Below are positions 48,201 through 63,200 of a DNA stretch of 64,000 nucleotides, in pieces. This DNA comes from Eledone cirrhosa. Taxonomy: Eukaryota. The stretch's first letter is position 1. Each line of letters opens with the position of its first letter. The translations under genes and the position numbers were made by a program. The notes beneath the pieces are model-generated. The model was not told the origin of the DNA. It saw nothing but the letters and a program-made list of their open reading frames with translations, and searched no databases. The DNA lies in NCBI GenBank assembly GCA_964016885.1, contig OZ024742.1, forward strand, positions 222,766,001 to 222,830,000. Reading direction: 5' to 3'.

Positions 48201-51200
48201 GTATGGTAGACATGGATGTACAGAAACTCTTCCTCTGCCAGGTAGCTATAGTGAAAGAAGCTGTATGGTAGACATGGATGTACAGAAATTCTTCGTCTGC
48301 CTGGTAGCTATAGTGAAAGAAGCTGTATGGTAGACATGAATGTACAGAAACTCTTCTTCTGTCTGGTAGCTATAGTGAAAGAAGCTGTATGGTAGATATG
48401 GATGTACAGAAACTCTTCCTCTGCCTGGTAGCTATAGTGAAAGAAGCTGTATGGTAGACATGGATGTACAGAAACTCTTCCTCTGTCTGGTAGCTATAGT
48501 GAAAGAAGCTGTATGGTAGACATGGATGTACAGAAACTCTTCCTCTATCTGGTAGCTATAGTGAAAGAAGCTGTATGGTAGACATAGATGTACAGAAACT
48601 CTTCCTCTGTCTGGTAGCTATAGTGAAAGAAGCTGTATGGTAGACATGGATGTACAGAAACTCTTCCTCTGTCTGGTAGCTATAGTGAAAGAAGCTGTAT
48701 GGTAGACATAGATGTACAGAAACTCTTCCTCTGTCTGGTAGCTATAGTGAAAGAAGCTGTATGGTAGACATGGATGTACAGAAACTCTTCCTCTATCTGG
48801 TAGCTATAGTGAAAGAAGCTGTATGGTAGACATGGATGTACAGAAACTCTTCTTCTGCCTGGTAGCTATAGTGAAAGAAGCTGTATGGTAGACATGGATG
48901 TACAGAAACTCTTCTTCTGCCCGGTAGCTATAGTGAAAGAAGCTGTATGGTAGACATAGATGTACAGAAACTCTTCTTCTGCCTGGTAGCTATAGTGAAA
49001 GAAGCTGTATGGTAGACATGGATGTACAGAAACTCTTCCTCTGCCTGGTAGCTATAGTGAAAGAAGCTGTATGGTAGACATGGATGTACAGAAACTCTTC
49101 TTCTGTCTGGTAGCTATAGTCAAAGAAGCTGTATGGTAGACATGGATGTACAGAAACTCTTCCTCTGCCTGGTAACTATAGTGAAAGAAGCTGTATGGTA
49201 GACATGAATGTACAGAAACTCTTCTTCTGTCTGGTAGCTATAGTGAAAGAAGCTGTATGGTAGATATGGATGTACAGAAAGTCTTCCTCTGCCTGGTAGC
49301 TATAGTGAAAGAAGCTGTATGGTAGACATGGATGTACAGAAACTCTTCCTCTGTCTGGTAGCTATAGTGAAAGAAGCTGTATGGTAGACATGGATGTACA
49401 GAAACTCTTCCTCTGCCTGGTAGCTATAGTGAAAGAAGCTGTATGGTAGACATGGATGTACACAAACTCTTCCTCTGCCTGGTAGCTATAGTGAAAGAAG
49501 CTGTATGGTAGACATGAACGTACAGAAACTCTTCTTCTGTCTAGTAGCTATAGTGAAAGAAGCTGTATGGTAGACATAGATGTACAGAAACTCTTCTTCT
49601 GCCTGGTAGCTATAGTGAAAGAAGCTGTATGGTAGACATGGATGTACAGAAACTCTTCCTCTGCCTGGTAGCTATAGTGAAAGAAGCTGTATGGTAGACA
49701 TGGATGTACAGAAACTCTTCTTCTGCCTGGTAGCTATAGTGAAAGAAGCTGTATGGTAGACATGGATGTACAGAAACTCTTCTGTCTGGTAGCTATAGTG
49801 AAAGAAGCTGTATGGTAGACATGGATGTACAGAAACTCTTCCTCTGTCTGGTAGCTATAGTGAAAGAAGCTGTATGGTAGACATGGATGTACAGAAACTC
49901 TTCTTCTGCCTGGTAGCTATAGTGAAAGAAGCTGTATGGTAGACATGGATATACAGAAACTCTTCTTCTGCCCGGTAGCTATAGTGAAAGAAGCTGTATG
50001 GTAGACATGGATGTACAGGAACTCTTCTGCCCGGTAGCTATAGTGAAAGAAGCTGTATGGTAGACATGGATGTACAGAAAGTCTTCCTCTGCCTGGTAGC
50101 TATAGTGAAAGAAGCTGTATGGTAGACATGGATGTACAGAAACTCTTCCTCTGTCTGGTAGCTATAGTGAAAGAAGCTGTATGGTAGACATGTATGTACA
50201 GAAACTCTTCCTCTGCCTGGTAGCTATAGTGAAAGAAGCTGTATGGTAGACATGGATGTACAGAAACTCTTCTTCTGCCCGGTAGCTATAGTGAAAGAAG
50301 CTGTATGGTAGACATGGATGTACAGAAACTCTTCCTCTGTCTGGTAGCTATAGTGAAAGAAGCTGTATGGTAGACATGGATGTACAGAAACTCTTCTTCT
50401 GCCCGGTAGCTATAGTGAAAGAAGCTGTATGGTAGACATAGATGTACAGAAACTCTTCTTCTGCCTGGTAGCTATAGTGAAAGAAGCTGTATGGTAGACA
50501 TGGATGTACAGAAACTCTTCCTCTGCCTGGTAGCTATAGTGAAAGAAGCTGTATGGTAGACATGGATGTACAGAAACTCTTCTTCTGTCTGGTAGCTATA
50601 GTGAAAGAAGCTGTATGGTAGACATGGATGTACAGAAACTCATCCTCTGCCTGGTAGCTATAGTGAAAGAAGCTGTATGGTAGACATAGATGTACAGAAA
50701 CTCTTCTGCCTGGTAGCTATAGTGAAAGAAGCTGTATGGTAGACATGGATGTACAGAAATTCTTCGTCTGCCTGGTAGCTATAGTGAAAGAAGCTGTATG
50801 GTAGACATGAATGTACAGAAACTCTTCTTCTGTCTGGTAGCTATAGTGAAAGAAGCTGTATGGTAGATATGGATGTACAGAAACTCTTCCTCTGCCTGGT
50901 AGCTATAGTGAAAGAAGCTGTATGGTAGACATGGATGTACAGAAACTCTTCCTCTGTCTGGTAGCTATAGTGAAAGAAGCTGTATGGTAGACATGGATGT
51001 ACAGAAACTCTTTCTCTGCCTGGTAGCTATAGTGAAAGAAGCTTTATGGTAGACATGGATGTACAGAAACTCTTCCTCTGCCTGGTAGCTATAGTGAAAG
51101 AAGCTGTATGGTAGACATGGATGTACAGAAACTCTTCCTCTGCCTGGTAGCTATAGTGAAAGAAGCTGTATGGTAGACATGAATGTACAGAAACTCTTCT

Positions 51201-54200
51201 TCTGTTTGGTAGCTATAGTGAAAGAAGCTGTATGGTAGACATGGATGTACAGAACGTCTTCTTCTGTCTGGTAGCTATAGTCAAAGAAGCTGTATGGTAG
51301 ACATGGATGTACAGAAACTCATCCTCTGCCTGGTAGCTATAGTGAAAGAAGCTGTATGGTAGACATAGATGTACAGAAACTCTTCTGCCTGGTAGCTATA
51401 GTGAAAGAAGCTGTATGGTAGACATGGATGTACAGAAATTCTTCGTCTGCCTGGTAGCTATAGTGAAAGAAGCTGTATGGTAGACATGAATGTACAGAAA
51501 CTCTTCTTCTGTTTGGTAGCTATAGTGAAAGAAGCTGTATGGTAGACATGGATGTACAGAAACTCTTCTTCTGCCTGGTAGCTATAGTGAAAGAAGCTGT
51601 ATGGTAGACATGGATGTACAGAAACTCTTCTTCTGCCTGGTAGCTATAGTGAAAGAAGCTGTATGGTAGACATAGATGTACAGAAACTCTTCTTCTGCCT
51701 GGTAGCTATAGTGAAAGAAGCTGTATGGTAGACATGGATGTACAGAAATTCTTCGTCTGCCTGGTAGCTATAGTGAAAGAAGCTGTATGGTAGACATGGA
51801 TGTACAGAAACTCTTCCTCTGCCTGGTAGCTATAGTGAAAGAATCTGTATGGTAGACATGGATGTACAGAAACTCTTCCTCTGCCTGGTAGCTATAGTGA
51901 AAGAAGCTTTATGGTAGACATGGATGTACAGAAACTCTTCCTCTGCCTGGTAGCTATAGTGAAAGAAGCTGTATGGTAGACATGGATGTACAGAAACTCT
52001 TCCTCTATCTGGTAGCTATAGTGAAAGAAGCTGTATGGTAGACATGGATGTACAGAAACTCTTCTTCTGCCCGGTAGCTATAGTGAAAGAAGCTGTATGG
52101 TAGACATGGATGTACAGAAACTCTTCTGTCTGGTAGCTATAGTGAAAGAAGCTGTATGGTAGACATGGATGTACAGAAACTCTTCTTCTGCCCGGTAGCT
52201 ATAGTGAAAGAAGCTGTATGGTAGACATAGATGTACAGAAACTCTTCCTCTGCCTGGTAGCTATAGTGAAAGAAGCTGTATGGTAGACATGGATGTACAG
52301 AAACTCTTCCTCTGTCTGGTAGCTATAGTCAAAGAAGCTGTATGGTAGACATGGATGTACAGAAACTCATCCTCTGCCTGGTAGCTATAGTGAAAGAAGC
52401 TGTATGGTAGACATAGACGTACAGAAACTCTTCTGCCTGGTAGCTATAGTGAAAGAAGCTGTATGGTAGACATAGACGTACAGAAACTCTTCTGCCTGGT
52501 AGCTATAGTGAAAGAAGCTGTATGGTAGACATGGATGTACAGAAATTCTTCGTCTGCCTGGTAGCTATAGTGAAAGAAGCTGTATGGTAGACATGGATGT
52601 ACAGAAACTCTTCTTCTGCCCGGTAGCTATAGTGAAAGAAGCTGTATGGTAGACATGGATGTACAGAAACTCTCCCTCTGCCTGGTAGCTATAGTGAAGG
52701 AAGCTGTATGGTAGACATGGATGTACAGAAACTCTCCCTCTGCCTGGTAGCTATAGTGAAAGAAGCTGTATGGTAGACATGAATGTACAGAAACTCTTCT
52801 TCTGTCTGGTAGCTATAGTGAAAGAAGCTGTATGGTAGACATGAATGTACAGAAACTCTTCTTCTGTCTGGTAGCTATAGTGAAAGAAGCTGTATGGTAG
52901 ATATGGATGTACAGAAAGTCTTCCTCTGCCTGGTAGCTATAGTGAAAGAAGCTGTATGGTAGACATGGATGTACAGAAACTCTTCCTCTGCCAGGTAGCT
53001 ATAGTGAAAGAAGCTGTATGGTAGACATGAATGTACAGAAACTCTTCTTCTGTCTGGTAGCTATAGTGAAAGAAGCTGTATGGTAGATATGGATGTACAG
53101 AAAGTCTTCCTCTGCCTGGTAGCTATAGTGAAAGAAGCTGTATGGTAGACATGGATGTACAGAAACTCTTCTGCTGCCAGGTAGCTATAGTGAAAGAAGC
53201 TGTATGGTAGACATGGATGTACAGAAACTCTTCCTCTGTCTGGTAGCTATAGTGAAAGAAGCTGTATGGTAGACATGGATGTACAGAAACTCTTCTTCTG
53301 CCCGGTAGCTATAGTGAAAGAAGCTGTATGGTAGACATGGATGTACAGAAACTCTTCCTCTGTCTGGTAGCTATAGTGAAAGAAGCTGTATGGTAGACAT
53401 GGATGTACAGAAACTCTTCTGCTGCCTGGTAGCTATAGTGAAAGAAGCTGTATGGTAGACATGGATGTACAGAAACTCTTCTGCTGCCTGGTAGCTATAG
53501 TGAAAGAAGCTGTATGGTAGACATGGATGTACAGAAACTCTTCCTCTGTCTGGTAGCTATAGTGAAAGAAGCTGTATGGTAGACATGGATGTACAGAAAC
53601 TCTTCTTCTGCCCGGTAGCTATAGTGAAAGAAGCTGTATGGTAGACATGGATGTACAGAAACTCTTCCTCTGTCTGGTAGCTATAGTGAAAGAAGCTGTA
53701 TGGTAGACATGGATGTACAGAAACTCTTCTGCTGCCTGGTAGCTATAGTGAAAGAAGCTGTATGGTAGACATGGATGTACAGAAACTCTTCTGCTGCCTG
53801 GTAGCTATAGTGAAAGAAGCTGTATGGTAGACATGGATGTACAGAAACTCTTCCTCTGCCTGGTAGCTATAGTGAAAGAAGCTTTATGGTAGACATGGAT
53901 GTACAGAAACTCTTCCTCTGCCAGGTAGCTATAGTGAAAGAAGCTGTATGGTAGACATGGATGTACAGAAACTCTTCCTCTGCCTGGTAGCTATAGTGAA
54001 AGAAGCTTTATGGTAGACATGGATGTACAGAAACTCTTCCTCTGCCCGGTAGCTATAGTGAAAGAAGCTGTATGGTAGACATGGATGTACAGAAACTCTT
54101 CTGCCTGGTAGCTATAGTGAAAGAAGCTGTATGGTAGACATGGATGTACAGAAATTCTTCGTCTGCCTGGTAGCTATAGTGAAAGAAGCTGTATGGTAGA

Positions 54201-57200
54201 CATGAATGTACAGAAACTCTTCTTCTGTTTGGTAGCTATAGTGAAAGAAGCTGTATGGTAGACATGGATGTACAGAAACTCTTCCTCTGCCTGGTAGCTA
54301 TAGTGAAAGAAGCTGTATGGTAGACATGGATGTACAGAAACTCTTCCTCTGCCTGGTAGCTATAGTGAAAGAAGCTGTATGGTAGATATGGATGTACAGA
54401 AACTCTTCCTCTGCCTGGTAGCTATAGTGAAAGAAGCTGTATGGTAGACATGGATGTACAGAAACTCTTCCTCTGCCTGGTAGCTATAGTGAAAGAAGCT
54501 GTATGGTAGACATAGATGTACAGAAACTCTTCTTCTGCCTGGTAGCTATAGTGAAAGAAGCTGTATGGTAGACATGGATGTACAGAAATTCTTCGTCTGT
54601 TTGGTAGCTATAGTGAAAGAAGCTGTATGGTAGACATGGATGTACAGAAACTCTTCCTCTGCCTGGTAGCTATAGTGAAAGAAGCTGTATGGTAGACATG
54701 GATGTACAGAAAGTCTTCCTCTGCCTGGTAGCTATAGTGAAAGAAGCTGTATGGTAGACATGGATGTACAGAAACTCTTCCTCTGCCTGGTAGCTATAGT
54801 GAAAGAAGCTGTATGGTAGACATGGATGTACAGAAACTCTTCCTCTGCCTGGTAGCTATAGTGAAAGAAGCTGTATGGTAGACATGGATGTACAGAAACT
54901 CTTCCTCTGCCCGGTAGCTATAGTGAAAGAAGCTGTATGGTAGACATGGATGTACAGAAACTCTTCCTCTGCCAGGTAGCTATAGTGAAAGAAGCTGTAT
55001 GGTAGACATGGATGTACAGAAACTCTTCTTCTGCCTGGTAGCTATAGTGAAAGAAGCTGTATGGTAGACATGGATGTACAGAAACTCTTCCTCTGCCAGG
55101 TAGCTATAGTGAAAGAAGCTGTATGGTAGACATGGATGTACAGAAACTCTTCCTCTGCCAGGTAGCTATAGTGAAAGAAGCTGTATGGTAGACATGGATG
55201 TACAGAAACTCTTCCTCTGCCCGGTAGCTATAGTGAAAGAAGCTGTATGGTAGACATGGATGTACAGAAACTCTTCCTCTGCCAGGTAGCTATAGTGAAA
55301 GAAGCTGTATGGTAGACATGGATGTACAGAAACTCTTCCTCTGCCTGGTAGCTATAGTGAAAGAAGCTGTATGGTAGACATGGATGTACAGAAACTCTTC
55401 CTCTGCCAGGTAGCTATAGTGAAAGAAGCTGTATGGTAGACATGGATGTACAGAAACTCTTCTTCTGCCCGGTAGCTATAGTGAAAGAAGCTCTATGGTA
55501 GACATAGATGTACAGAAACTCTTCTTCTGCCTGGTAGCTATAGTGAAAGAAGCTGTATGGTAGACATGGATGTACAGAAACTCTTCCTCTGTCTGGTAGC
55601 TATAGTGAGAGAAGCTGTATGGTAGACATGGATGTACAGAAACTCTTCTTCTGCCCGGTAGCTATAGTGAGAGAAGATGTATGGTAGACATGGATGTACA
55701 GAAACTCTGCTTCTGCCTGGCAGCTATAGTGAAAGAAGCTGTATGGTAGACATGGATGTACAGAAACTCTTCTTCTGCCCGGTAGCTATAGTGAAAGAAG
55801 CTGTATGGTAGACATGGATGTACAGAAACTCTTCCTCTGCCTGGTAGCTATAGTGAAAGAAGCTGTATGATAGACATGGATGTACAGAAACTCTTCTTCT
55901 GTCTGGTAGCTATAGTCAAAGAAGCTGTATGGTAGACATGGATGTACAGAAACTCATCCTCTGCCTGGTAGCTATAGTGAAAGAAGCTGTATGGTAGACA
56001 TAGATGTACAGAAACTCTTCTGCCTGGTAGCTATAGTGAAAGAAGCTGTATGGTAGACATGGATGTACAGAAATTCTTCGTCTGCCTGGTAGCTATAGTG
56101 AAAGAAGCTGTATGGTAGACATGAATGTACAGAAACTCTTCTTCTGTCTGGTAGCTATAGTGAAAGAAGCTGTATGGTAGATATGGATGTACAGAAACTC
56201 TTCCTCTGCCTGGTAGCTATAGTGAAAGAAGCTGTATGGTAGACATGGATGTACAGAAACTCTTCCTCTATCTGGTAGCTATAGTGAAAGAAGCTGTATG
56301 GTAGACATGGATGTACAGAAACTCTTCTTCTGCCCGGTAGCTATAGTGAAAGAAGCTGTATGGTAGACATGGATGTACAGAAACTCTTCTTCTGTCTGGT
56401 AGCTATAGTGAAAGAAGCTGTATGGTAGACATGGATGTACAGAAACTCTTCTTCTGCCCGGTAGCTATAGTGAAAGAAGCTGTATGGTAGACATAGATGT
56501 ACAGAAACTCTTCTTCTGCCTGGTAGCTATAGTGAAAGAAGCTGTATGGTAGACATGGATGTACAGAAACTCTTCCTCTGCCTGGTAGCTATAGTGAAAG
56601 AAGCTGTATGGTAGACATGGATGTACAGAAATTCTTCGTCTGCCTGGTAGCTATAGTGAAAGAAGCTGTATGGTAGACATGGATGTACAGAAACTCTTCT
56701 TCTGCCCGGTAGCTATAGTGAAAGAAGCTGTATGGTAGACATGGATGTACAGAAACTCTTCCTCTGCCTGGTAACTATAGTGAAAGAAGCTGTATGGTAG
56801 ACATGAATGTACAGAAACTCTTCTTCTGTCTGGTAGCTATAGTGAAAGAAGCTGTATGGTAGATATGGATGTACAGGAAGTCTTCCTCTGCCTGGTAGCT
56901 ATAGTGAAAGAAGCTGTATGGTAGACATGGATGTACAGAAACTCTTCCTCTGTCTGGTAGCTATAGTGAAAGAAGCTGTATGGTAGACATGGATGTACAG
57001 AAACTCTTCCTCTGCCTGGTAGCTATAGTGAAAGAAGATGTATGGTAGACATGAACGTACAGAAACTCTTCTTCTGTCTGGTAGCTATAGTGAAAGAAGC
57101 TGTATGGTAGACATGGATGTACAGGAACTCTTCTGCCCGGTAGCTATAGTGAAAGAAGCTGTATGGTAGACATGGATGTACAGAAAGTCTTCCTCTGCCT

Positions 57201-60200
57201 GGTAGCTATAGTGAAAGAAGCTGTATGGTAGACATGGATGTACAGAAACTCTTCCTCTGTCTGGTAGCTATAGTGAAAGAAGCTGTATGGTAGACATGGA
57301 TGTACAGAAACTCTTCCTCTGCCTGGTAGCTATAGTGAAAGAAGCTGTATGGTAGACATGGATGTACAGAAACTCTTCCTCTGCCTGGTAGCTATAGTGA
57401 AAGAAGCTTTATGGTAGACATGGATGTACAGAAACTCTTCCTCTGCCTGGTAGCTATAGTGAAAGAAGCTGTATGGTAGACATGGATGTACAGAAAGTCT
57501 TCCTCTGCCTGGTAGCTATAGTGAAAGAAGCTGTATGGTAGACATGAACGTACAGAAACTCTTCTTCTGTCTGGTAGCTATAGTGAAAGAAGCTGTATGG
57601 TAGATATGGATGTACAGAAAGTCTTCCTCTGCCTGGTAGCTATAGTGAAAGAAGCCGTATGGTAGACATGGATGTACAGAAAATCTTCCTCTGTCTGGTA
57701 GCTATAGTGAAAGAAGCTGTATGGTTGACATGGATGTACAGAAACTCTTCCTCTGCCTGGTAGCTATAGTGAAAGAAGCTGTATGGTAGACATGAACGTA
57801 CAGAAACTCTTCTTCTGTCTGGTAGCTATAGTGAAAGAAGCTGTATGGTAGACATAGATGTACAGAAACTCTTCTTCTGCCTGGTAGCTATAGTGAAAGA
57901 AGCTGTATGGTAGACATGGATGTACAGAAACTCTTACTCTGTCTGGTAGCTATAGTGAAAGAAGCTGTATGGTAGACATGGATGTACAGAAACTCTTCCT
58001 CTGTCTGGTAGCTATAGTGAAAGAAGCTGTATGGTAGACATGGATGTACAGAAACTCTTCTTCTGCCTGGTAGCTATAGTGAAAGAAGCTGTATGGTAGA
58101 CATGGATGTACAGAAACTCTTCTTCTGCCCGGTAGCTATAGTGAAAGAAGCTGTATGGTAGACATGGATGTACAGAAACTCTTCTTCTGCCTGGTAGCTA
58201 TAGTGAAAGAAGCTTTATGGTAGACATGGATGTACAGAAACTCTTCCTCTGCCTGGTAGCTATAGTGAAAGAAGCTGTATGGTAGACATAGATGTACAGA
58301 AACTCTTCTTCTGCCTGGTAGCTATAGTGAAAGAAGCTGTATGGTAGACATGGATGTACAGAAACTCTTCCTCTGTCTGGTAGCTATAGTGAAAGAAGCT
58401 GTATGGTAGACATGGATGTACAGAAACTCTTCCTCTGTCTGGTAGCTATAGTGAAAGAAGCTGTATGGTAGACATGGATGTACAGAAACTCTTCTTCTGC
58501 CTGGTAGCTATAGTGAAAGAAGCTGTATGGTAGACATGGATATACAGAAACTCTTCTTCTGCCCGGTAGCTATAGTGAAAGAAGCTGTATGGTAGACATG
58601 GATGTACAGGAACTCTTCTGCCCGGTAGCTATAGTGAAAGAAGCTGTATGGTAGACATGGATGTACAGAAAGTCTTCCTCTGCCTGGTAGCTATAGTGAA
58701 AGAAGCTGTATGGTAGACATGGATGTACAGAAACTCTTCCTCTGTCTGGTAGCTATAGTGAAAGAAGCTGTATGGTAGACATGTATGTACAGAAACTCTT
58801 CCTCTGCCTGGTAGCTATAGTGAAAGAAGCTGTATGGTAGACATGGATGTACAGAAACTCTTCTTCTGCCCGGTAGCTATAGTGAAAGAAGCTGTATGGT
58901 AGACATGGATGTACAGAAACTCTTCCTCTGTCTGGTAGCTATAGTGAAAGAAGCTGTATGGTAGACATGGATGTACAGAAACTCTTCTTCTGCCCGGTAG
59001 CTATAGTGAAAGAAGCTGTATGGTAGACATAGATGTACAGAAACTCTTCTTCTGCCTGGTAGCTATAGTGAAAGAAGCTGTATGGTAGACATGGATGTAC
59101 AGAAACTCTTCCTCTGCCTGGTAGCTATAGTGAAAGAAGCTGTATGGTAGACATGGATGTACAGAAACTCTTCTTCTGTCTGGTAGCTATAGTGAAAGAA
59201 GCTGTATGGTAGACATGGATGTACAGAAACTCATCCTCTGCCTGGTAGCTATAGTGAAAGAAGCTGTATGGTAGACATAGATGTACAGAAACTCTTCTGC
59301 CTGGTAGCTATAGTGAAAGAAGCTGTATGGTAGACATAGATGTACAGAAACTCTTCTGCTGCCTGGTAGCTATAGTGAAAGAAGCTGTATGGTAGACATG
59401 AATGTACAGAAACTCTTCTTCTGTCTGGTAGCTATAGTGAAAGAAGCTGTATGGTAGATATGGATGTACAGAAACTCTTCCTCTGCCTGGTAGCTATAGT
59501 GAAAGAAGCTGTATGGTAGACATGGATGTACAGAAACTCTTCCTCTGTCTGGTAGCTATAGTGAAAGAAGCTGTATGGTAGACATGGATGTACAGAAACT
59601 CTTTCTCTGCCTGGTAGCTATAGTGAAAGAAGCTTTATGGTAGACATGGATGTACAGAAACTCTTCCTCTGCCTGGTAGCTATAGTGAAAGAAGCTGTAT
59701 GGTAGACATGGATGTACAGAAACTCTTCCTCTGCCTGGTAGCTATAGTGAAAGAAGCTGTATGGTAGACATGAATGTACAGAAACTCTTCTTCTGTTTGG
59801 TAGCTATAGTGAAAGAAGCTGTATGGTAGACATGGATGTACAGAACGTCTTCTTCTGTTTGGTAGCTATAGTTAAAGAAGCTGTATGGTAGACATGGATG
59901 TACAGAAACTCTTCTTCTGCCTGGTAGCTATAGTGAAAGAAGCTTTATGGTAGACATGGATGTACAGAAACTCTTCCTCTGCCTGGTAGCTATAGTGAAA
60001 GAAGCTGTATGGTAGACATAGATGTACAGAAACTCTTCTTCTGCCTGGTAGCTATAGTGAAAGAAGCTGTATGGTAGACATGGATGTACAGAAATTCTTC
60101 GTCTGCCTGGTAGCTATAGTGAAAGAAGCTGTATGGTAGACATGGATGTACAGAAACTCTTCTTCTGCCTGGTAGCTATAGTGAAAGAAGCTGTATGGTA

Positions 60201-63200
60201 GACATGGATGTACAGAAACTCTTCCTCTGCCTGGTAGCTATAGTGAAAGAATCTGTATGGTAGACATGGATGTACAGAAACTCTTCCTCTGCCTGGTAGC
60301 TATAGTGAAAGAAGCTTTATGGTAGACATGGATGTACAGAAACTCTTCCTCTGCCTGGTAGCTATAGTGAAAGAAGCTGTATGGTAGACATGGATGTACA
60401 GAAACTCTTCCTCTATCTGGTAGCTATAGTGAAAGAAGCTGTATGGTAGACATGGATGTACAGAAACTCTTCTTCTGCCCGGTAGCTATAGTGAAAGAAG
60501 CTGTATGGTAGACATGGATGTACAGAAACTCTTCCTCTATCTGGTAACTATAGTGAAAGAAGCTGTATGGTAGACATGGATGTACAGAAACTCTTTCTCT
60601 GCCTGGTAGCTATAGTGAAAGAAGCTTTATGGTAGACATGGATGTACAGAAACTCTTCCTCTGCCTGGTAGCTATAGTGAAAGAAGCTGTATGGTAGACA
60701 TGGATGTACAGAAACTCTTCTGTCTGGTAGCTATAGTGAAAGAAGCTGTATGGTAGACATGGATGTACAGAAACTCTTCTTCTGCCCGGTAGCTATAGTG
60801 AAAGAAGCTGTATGGTAGACATAGATGTACAGAAACTCTTCCTCTGCCTGGTAGCTATAGTGAAAGAAGCTGTATGGTAGACATGGATGTACAGAAACTC
60901 TTCTTCTGTCTGGTAGCTATAGTCAAAGAAGCTGTATGGTAGACATGGATGTACAGAAACTCATCCTCTGCCTGGTAGCTATAGTGAAAGAAGCTGTATG
61001 GTAGACATAGACGTACAGAAACTCTTCTGCCTGGTAGCTATAGTGAAAGAAGCTGTATGGTAGACATGGATGTACAGAAATTCTTCGTCTGCCTGGTAGC
61101 TATAGTGAAAGAAGCTGTATGGTAGACATGGATGTACAGAAACTCTTCTTCTGCCCGGTAGCTATAGTGAAAGAAGCTGTATGGTAGACATGGATGTACA
61201 GAAACTCTCCCTCTGCCTGGTAGCTATAGTGAAAGAAGCTGTATGGTAGACATGAATGTACAGAAACTCTTCTTCTGTCTGGTAGCTATAGTGAAAGAAG
61301 CTGTATGGTAGATATGGATGTACAGAAAGTCTTCCTCTGCCTGGTAGCTATAGTGAAGGAAGCTGTATGGTAGACATGGATGTACAGAAACTCTTCCTCT
61401 GCCTGGTAACTATAGTGAAAGAAGCTGTATGGTAGACATGGATGTACAGAAACTCTTCTTCTGTCTGGTAGCTATAGTGAAAGAAGCTGTATGGTAGATA
61501 TGGATGTACAGAAAGTCTTCCTCTGCCTGGTAGCTATAGTGAAAGAAGCTGTATGGTAGACATGGATGTACAGAAACTCTTCTGCTGCCAGGTAGCTATA
61601 GTGAAAGAAGCTGTATGGTAGACATGGATGTACAGAAACTCTTCCTCTGTCTGGTAGCTATAGTGAAAGAAGCTGTATGGTAGACATGGATGTACAGAAA
61701 CTCTTCTTCTGCCCGGTAGCTATAGTGAAAGAAGCTGTATGGTAGACATGGATGTACAGAAACTCTTCCTCTGTCTGGTAGCTATAGTGAAAGAAGCTGT
61801 ATGGTAGACATGGATGTACAGAAACTCTTCTGCTGCCTGGTAGCTATAGTGAAAGAAGCTGTATGGTAGACATGGATGTACAGAAACTCTTCTGCTGCCT
61901 GGTAGCTATAGTGAAAGAAGCTGTATGGTAGACATGGATGTACAGAAACTCTTCCTCTGTCTGGTAGCTATAGTGAAAGAAGCTGTATGGTAGACATGGA
62001 TGTACAGAAACTCTTCTTCTGCCCGGTAGCTATAGTGAAAGAAGCTGTATGGTAGACATGGATGTACAGAAACTCTTCCTCTGTCTGGTAGCTATAGTGA
62101 AAGAAGCTGTATGGTAGACATGGATGTACAGAAACTCTTCTGCTGCCTGGTAGCTATAGTGAAAGAAGCTGTATGGTAGACATGGATGTACAGAAACTCT
62201 TCTGCTGCCTGGTAGCTATAGTGAAAGAAGCTGTATGGTAGACATGGATGTACAGAAACTCTTCCTCTGCCTGGTAGCTATAGTGAAAGAAGCTTTATGG
62301 TAGACATGGATGTACAGAAACTCTTCCTCTGCCTGGTAGCTATAGTGAAAGAAGCTTTATGGTAGACATGGATGTACAGAAACTCTTCCTCTGCCCGGTA
62401 GCTATAGTGAAAGAAGCTGTATGGTAGACATGGATGTACAGAAACTCTTCTGCCTGGTAGCTATAGTGAAAGAAGCTGTATGGTAGACATGGATGTACAG
62501 AAATTCTTCGTCTGCCTGGTAGCTATAGTGAAAGAAGCTGTATGGTAGACATGAATGTACAGAAACTCTTCTTCTGTTTGGTAGCTATAGTGAAAGAAGC
62601 TGTATGGTAGACATGGATGTACAGAAACTCTTCTTCTGCCTGGTAGCTATAGTGAAAGAAGCTTTATGGTAGACATGGATGTACAGAAACTCTTCCTCTG
62701 CCTGGTAGCTATAGTGAAAGAAGCTGTATGGTAGACATAGATGTACAGAAATTCTTCGTCTGCCTGGTAGCTATAGTGAAAGAAGCTGTATGGTAGACAT
62801 GGATGTACAGAAACTCTTCCTCTGCCTGGTAGCTATAGTGAAAGAAGCTGTATGGTAGACATGGATGTACAGAAACTCTTCCTCTGCCTGGTAGCTATAG
62901 TGAAAGAAGCTTTATGGTAGACATGGATGTACAGAAACTCTTCCTCTGCCTGGTAGCTATAGTGAAAGAAGCTGTATGGTAGACATGGATGTACAGAAAC
63001 TCTTCCTCTGCCTGGTAGCTATAGTGAAAGAAGCTGTATGGTAGACATGGATGTACAGAAACTCTTCCTCTGTCTGGTAGCTATAGTGAAAGAAGCTGTA
63101 TGGTAGACATGGATGTACAGAAACTCTTCTTCTGCCCGGTAGCTATAGTGAAAGAAGCTCTATGGTAGACATAGATGTACAGAAACTCTTCTTCTGCCTG

